DNA from: Octopus vulgaris
Taxonomy: Eukaryota
Reading direction: 5' to 3'
DNA: 64,000 bases
Assembly: GCA_951406725.2 (NCBI GenBank)
Contig: OX597822.1
Location: forward strand, 10,168,001 to 10,232,000
Below the pieces are notes generated by a model. That model ran no database searches. It was not told the origin of the DNA and was given only the letters and a program-made list of their open reading frames with translations. A program made the translations under genes and the position numbers. This document shows positions 57,027 through 64,000 of the stretch, piece after piece. Each line of letters begins with the position of its first letter. The stretch's first letter is position 1.

Positions 57027-57233
57027 GATTCTGACAGGATTCAGATATTAAAGCTGACAGTGATTTCACTTCATTATGCACTTTTGATCGTAGAAATCGA
57101 TTTTTAGCCTGCTTCTATTTACCTGAAAGACCTAGGACCTACCAATTCATAAATATGGACGACCAATTCCACAAGTTTTGCGGATTAGCAACCATTCATG
57201 ACAACATGTTTTGATTGGGTTATTTTCCTGTAT

Positions 57234-58089
57234 ACGAGGTGGTATCAAAATGTTCCCGGACTAAATATGTTTAATAAAAAAGATAGCATATTCACCTAAG
57301 ATTTAACATCATCTCCTTCGAAATAGTCACTTTGCTCAACAATACACCGGTTCCGGTGTTCCTGCCACTTTTGGAGTCTGGTCTGGAAGTCGTTTTCCGT
57401 AAGCGAGTCAAGAAGCTTCTGCGATTCGCTTTGGATCTCGACAAAGTTGTGAAAACGGTAACCTTTGAGGTGCATTTTCATCTTGTAGAAGAGATACCAC
57501 GTTGCTTCTGCCGAGAAACTCACAAACGAGGAGAGATCGGTGACATGGTGCACTGTTGTCGTGAAGAATCCAATTCTTCGCGCTCCACAGATCAGGTCAT
57601 TTTCGATAAATGTCCTCCCCAAAAAGCTTCAAAATGGCATTGGTCGACCCCGACGATCCTCATACACAAGCTGATGAGATTTCTCCACATTTCCGAGGGT
57701 TACGATCGTGGTAGGTCTTCTAGATCACTCATTGTCCTCCAGGGACATTCTTCCGCTTTTGAAGAGTCTGCCATTCGAAACATTGTGTACGACTTATTGT
57801 CTGGTCACTGTAAGCTTGCCGAAGCATTCTCAATACTCTTGTAGCAGACTTCCAAAGTTTAACGCAAAATTTCACGTTGGCACTTTGTTCCAGCATCCTG
57901 ACAAAAAACACAGACTACAGCATACACGTGATCACAAAAGCACATCGTTCACAACTTGCGAAGTAAGCATAGTGATGACACTCGGCACACTGCCTCATGA
58001 AGATCACTGCTAGCTCTTATTGCGCATGCAACATTGTGCTGCCATCTGTTGGTGCGTTATAGCGCTAGTCCGGAAACTTTCTGATACCA
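57234..58089 (-). mobile_element. Internally deleted mariner transposon with TIRs
   Basis: MLEQSANVKFCVKL..AYSDQTISRTQCFEW and LFYKMKMHLKGYRF..CIVEQSDYFEGD; TIR core ggtatcaaaatgttcccggacta / tagtccggaaactttctgatacc. Confidence 0.88.
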
Positions 58090-58130
58090 TAAAGTGTGTG
58101 TGTGATTGATTGTGTTTGTGTGTGATTGAT

Positions 58131-58182
<52 letters not shown>

Positions 58183-59505
58183 GTAATTTAGTAGTCCGGC
58201 ACACAACAATGATATTTCTAGTTTGTCTCATATTCATTCTTCTGGTGCGTGTCGACAAATGTGAATCAGCCTGGCGAGACACATCAATAAGTATTGCTTG
58301 AATGCATATGAATTTACTACATGTGCAGCTTTAATTACTACACACACACACACACACACACATAAACGCACACATACACTCACTCACACACATACACATG
58401 TACAAACATGTAAAATAAATTGTTAGAGAAACTAATCATTAGACGTGCAAGCTGTAATAACTTGCTGTTCAAATATGTTAGAGAGGGAGAGAGAGAAAGA
58501 GAGAGAAAGAGAGAGTCAGACTGACAGAGAAAGAGAGAGAGAGAGAGACAGAGAGAGAAATAGAGCGAGACAGAGAGAGAGAGTGTGTTTCTACAAATAT
58601 GTATGTACGTGAACAAATCTTATATTTCTTTAATGGACTCACGACGTCATAATCACAAGAGGGGGCTATGAGAAAATGAGACACGAATATTCTCTGCAGG
58701 AACATTCACAGACTAAATTATCTGAAATCTGAGGGATTTTCAACAGAACACTCAAATTAGCTCACACGTTGGCCTTCTTTTTTCTTTTTTACTTATATTC
58801 TTCTTTTCTTACTTTTAAGTATTATACTGCAAAACACTCGAACAAAATTATATTAATTATTTTTGCTACGCACAACATATAATTTCATATAATATAATTG
58901 GTCCTTTTTTACTTTTACAGATGCAATTTAAATGAAACCTACAAATGATTCTGTCGTAATCTGAAACTTGAATGCTTAACTGCACTACTAAGTGCGACTC
59001 GGTATTTAGTCTGGCTGACTAATTTACTCGGATCGGCTGTACGCACCTCTCTTTCAGTTGAAGATAAATATATGCAGCTACACCTGGACTCTTCGATGCT
59101 ATTCCTGCCAAATCCTTCAGTTTCTTTACCTTTTATATCTATTCTATCAATAATGACTTATTAAGAAATACAGGATTGATTGAGTGATGAATGTTATCCT
59201 TTGATATACAGTTATGTCCATTTTTACTCTGCATTTTAATCCCGCTGCAGTCGGCTTCACATTTCATTCGTCCTTCCAAGATTAACAGAAAAAAAGCAAC
59301 CTAGCAGATCTGACTAAAGTGAGTGTTCCCTGACTTGTAGACTTGTCCATTTACTAGAAATTTTATAACAAATATATCATTATCACTTTTCACTGTTGAT
59401 GTTCAGTTAGAGAATCAATCGTTTGAAGAATATTAATCATTTAAATAAAATATGTCCATCTGTGTGATGTCATCTCTGTCATGTGAATTTTAGTTAATAG
59501 AAATC

Positions 59506-59783
59506 AAACAATTGCAGCGTGGAAGGTGTTTATAAGCCATTTAAGAAACACACAAAATCCGTTACATTCATTTCAACATTTAAATTTAATTTGTCAAAAT
59601 ATTTTCGTCGCTTTGAGACAGCGACCTGTTCACTGACAGACACGGAATTTTGTCAGTGAACAGGTCGCGGTCTCAAAGCGACGAAAATATTTTGACAAAT
59701 TAAATTTAAATGTTGAAATGAATGTAACGGATTTTGTGTGTTTCTTAAATGGCTTATAAACACCTTCCACGCTGCAATTGTTT
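59506..59783. repeat. Near-perfect fold-back, 133-bp arms, 12-nt spacer
   Basis: 59506-59638 vs 59651-59783, one mismatch by eye. Confidence 0.92.
59649..59699 (+). ncRNA. Minimal type I HHR with G3-C8 core (mirror copy on minus strand at ~59590-59638)
   Basis: tttgtca GTGAACA g gtcgc ggtctcaaa gcgac GAAA atat TT tgacaaa. Confidence 0.7.
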
Positions 59784-60341
59784 TCGTTCCAGCACACGAT
59801 CTCAGATCAGGTCTCTTGCTATGCAAGTACATCTCCAGAAAACAAACTAATTTCGATCAAGCTTACATTTTTCTATGCTTAAATTCATGCGCTCACGTAT
59901 TTTTATTTATATGCATGCATGAGAGTTGCAGTTGAACCATATCACGGATCAGGTCGCAGTGATTTGAGAAAATTCTGACTCCTCAAGAAATACACAAGAT
60001 CTCGGTTTAACTGAGAATTTTTTGTGTTCCTAAAATGGTTAAAGTGAAACTTTCATGATGGGAATTTTATTTTAGTTTCAGTTCATATTCTCCGATCAAG
60101 TTACTTGCAAACAAGTACACTTTCGAAACATATACTTTTTAAAATTAATTTTGTAGTTGAAGAACATGCTCGATCTTATCCTCTGTGAGGTCACACGGTT
60201 ATATAGAGTATTCGACGAAATTTGCGGCCGCATAGAATTTGCAAGCAAAATATCTCTTAACAATAATTGATCTTTCACGTCCTCTCTCCCCACCTCTATC
60301 ACTTTCTCAATTTTTCTAAGAAAGACACATACACACACACA

Positions 60342-60381
<40 letters not shown>

Positions 60382-61592
60382 CACGTGCACATACAGTGTC
60401 AAAGGATTCATTAATACTAACTTTCCAGAGAAAACCTACATGCATGCGTCAATCTGTAAATTTCACACAGAACCTCCTAAACAGAGCCAAGGTTACCTAA
60501 ATACACAAATCTCTCGTATAAACGATAGATGCAGTACTACATTGGCAGCATTAATCTATTCCAAACTGAGCAAATGGATAACGGCTATCAAGCATGCTTT
60601 CACTGAGCACCGGCTTGGAAATACGTAAATTTCCCAAAAGGTTCACACATCCAACGACAACAATTATTTATTTTGACATAGCAGGAAAACAAAACGAGGC
60701 ACCCCCCCCCCCCAAAAAAAAAAACGTCAGTACGCAGTACAATATAAATTAGTTTGATTGTGTTATGTCTGTAGATGCCACACCAAAATACTGAATTAGT
60801 TAGCTTGTGCGTTTTGATAAATCCTTTAAGAAATTCGTTTCAGATTTACGATCGTAGAATCTAAAAAAATAAGAAGCATCAGATCGATCAACTAGGCGTC
60901 CTATATTTTTGAGACCTATAAAAAGATTTCAAGATGTCTGCCACAAGCTAACATATCAGCTGCAAAGTATGATATGTAATCCAAGGTCGAGGCTGATCAG
61001 ACCTTTCTAAAATTTATATAGGCGGGATAACTAGGAGTATATATGAAAGATTTAGTGAGCACTGGAAGAACTAAACTAAATTTTAATCTACTTCCATATT
61101 TACCAAACTGCACGCGATAAACACGATGCTTAAATGAAAAGAGTTAGTGTCGGGATAATATCTACACATCCATATGATATATTTGCTAACATAGGTAACA
61201 AAGCTGGTTTGCATATAAGAATATAAATCCTGTTTTATGTAAATCCGATTCAGATATCACCAGTGCACCACATTCAAGCACAAAACATACTGACTACATA
61301 TTTGTGTAAGAAGTGTCTGTCGTCCGATATATTTTGCTAAACAGGATTACATGAAACCTAAATGAAGGTGACTTTCATTTGTATATTGGCCTGACGTTTC
61401 GAGTGTTCGTCTTTCTTCAAAAAGAAAATAGAAAACGCGTGCGGATGAGAGAGAGAAAGAAAGAGAGAGAGAGGGAGAGAGAGAGAGAGAGAGGTGGAGA
61501 TAAAAGGAATTAGAAACATTAGCACATAAAAATTAATTGAAGGACACTAGGGTGAAACACGTATACAACATATATATACGCTTCTATCACTT

Positions 61593-61626
<34 letters not shown>

Positions 61627-61627
61627 C

Positions 61628-61732
<105 letters not shown>

Positions 61733-61989
61733 TTAGATAGACAAATAAATAAATAGATAGATAAGTAGATAAATAGATGTACAGATATGTATATGTACGT
61801 ATGTACATAGATGTAACAGAAGTAAACAGACACCTTTATAATCATTAAAATTAATTTAGATCTGAAATTATACATTCAAATTATTTATTAATTGCTATAA
61901 TGTAAATATTTGATATTTAGTAGACGTACCCTTTGCCTATTTCAATGCAAATACCCTATTACGTATGTTACTGATCAGATGACGAATAT

Positions 61990-62880
61990 TCTCTTGCGGA
62001 ATTTCTTGCCAAGTTTCATGCAGTAATCTCAAAAGATCTGGCTTTGAGAGTGCTTTGTTGTTCTTTTTATGAAGTGTCCTGTCCATTATGTTCCAGAGAT
62101 GTTCAATAAGGTTCATATCTGGTGACTGGCTTGGTCATGGAAGGTGACTGGCTTGGTCATGATCCAACAAATCTTGGGTCATTTTAGCCGTGTGGCAAGT
62201 AGCCTCATCCTCCATAAATAAAGAGTCTTCTTTAATCATTTCAATACTGGAGAAGATTGAAGGAGTCCTTTCTGCAATATGGACACATATTTATCTGAGT
62301 TTATGTTTCCATAATACTCCACCAGCTCTGATCAACCATTGCTCCAAATTGCTCCCCAGATCATTACAGAATAGCTGCCGTGTTTCATTGTTGGCTGCAA
62401 TATTTTCACATCAAATTCTCCACACCTACACGCGACTTCTGTCAGGAAATACAGCAAATATGGACTTATCAGAGATTATAACAGTGACCCAAGATACTAT
62501 TGGCCTTTCCACTATCTTCACTGGCCCAATCTTTTCTCCGTTTGATGTTGGCAGGTCAAAGAAGTGGCTTCCTTCCTGCTGTTCTGCCAGAGTAACCACG
62601 TTTGTGGAGATACCTGATAACTGTTCTGGGACTGACATCAACTTGTTCTGCTATGCTAGAGGCCTTGCTACGAGGACTTTCCTCTACACTTCTCTTAGCA
62701 AAGTGAAGGATCTTTACAGAGAGCCCTTGTTGAACTTGGCGAGTTCTGGTAAAGAAGCGAGATACCTAGGTTTTCTGCGATTTTACGCTGACTATGTTAC
62801 CTTCAGATTGACCCACAATACGGCCTCTTTGAAATCCAGACAGTTCCAAGGCCTCTTTTGTACATGGCACGATTAAACAG
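61990..62880 (-). mobile_element. Decayed Tc1-like transposase
   Basis: [27 protein letters not shown] and PSQSPDMNLIEHLW motifs. Confidence 0.75.
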
Positions 62881-63131
62881 TCACATATAGAACTTGAAAC
62901 AAAAACGCGTTAAATTTGAAGGAGATATAGATCTGGCGGTAAGAAATTATAAAATACGTCTTGGAACAAAATGGCTGACAAGAGATAAAAATGGTTGGTC
63001 GCGTTTGGAAGGATTTCGATCATAGGTCTCTAGGGATCAATGGTTGACCTAGGGCTACACAGGAGCCTACCTAGCAACTGGTTCAATAATGGTGAGAAAG
63101 ACAACGAACAGTGACAGCAACTGCATCAATT

Positions 63132-63132
<1 letters not shown>

Positions 63133-63187
<55 letters not shown>

Positions 63188-64000
63188 ATACCACCACACC
63201 AACGCCGCCGCCACCACCATCACCACCACTACCACCGCTACTGCTACTACGACTACTGTGAGTACCACAACCACAACTATGACTGTGGCTACTTCCACAA
63301 CAACAGCTACTATATCTACCACCACCACCACCACCACCACCACTACCATCACCACCACCATCATCACCATCACCATCACCATCACCACCATCACCACAAC
63401 TACCACCGCTACTGCTCCTACGACTACTGTGAGTACCACAACCATAACTATGACTGTGGCTACTTCCAAAACAACAGCTACTATATCTACCACCACCACC
63501 ACCACCACCACCATCATCACAATCACCACCACTACCACCACCAACACCACCACCACCACCATCATCACCATCACCATCACCACCATCACCACCATCACCA
63601 CAACTACCACCGCTACTGCTCCTACGACTACTGTGAGTACCACAACCATAACTATGACTGTGGCTACTTCCACAACAGCTACTATATCTACCACCACCAC
63701 CACCACCACCACCACCACCACCACCACCACCACCACCACCACCACCACCACCACCACCACCACTACCACCACCACCACCACCACTACCACCACAACCACC
63801 ACCACCACCACCACCACCACCACTACCACAACAACCACCACCACCACCACCACCACCACTACCACAACAACCACCACCACCACCACCACCACCACCAACA
63901 CCACCATCACGACCACCACCACCACTACCACCACCACCACCACTACCACCACCAAAACCACCATCACCACCACCACTACCACCACCACCACCACCACCGC
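63133..64000. repeat. (ACT)n then ACC-based compound repeat with a ~100-bp unit three times
   Basis: Unit accaccgctactgct..gctactatatct at ~63230, 63403 and 63606. Confidence 0.9.

Noticed and set aside
58652-58668. CTCF-like motif (another at ~58038-58054)
   Set aside because: Motif match alone is not evidence of binding
60400-60630. RKPTCMRQSVNF resembling a PLE RT thumb motif
   Set aside because: Too short, with no corroborating motifs
62190-62876. 228-aa plus-strand ORF
   Set aside because: Antisense shadow of the decayed Tc1 transposase

Overview
AT-rich, microsatellite-saturated eukaryotic DNA, almost entirely repeats. The SINE families and repeat content suggest an octopus or other coleoid cephalopod (inference). 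No intact host gene is supportable, and most listed ORFs are microsatellite translations. Recognisable content: decayed Tc1/mariner transposons, three non-autonomous Helitrons, tRNA-derived SINEs, CR1/Tx1/RTE/R2-like LINE fragments, a head-to-tail pile-up of R4/Dong-type retrotransposons in (AAT)n, and a Penelope-like (PLE) endonuclease remnant. The main unexplained structure is about 15 type I hammerhead-ribozyme (HHR) motifs from many unrelated short repeat families. They mostly lie in or next to (TA)n tracts and are often built into inverted repeats with both 3' ends facing outward. Their cores show canonical C3-G8 plus compensatory U3-A8 and G3-C8 versions, and a possible A3-U8 version. 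This points to a diverse population of non-autonomous, PLE-mobilised, retrozyme-like elements. All folds were read by eye and activity is untested.
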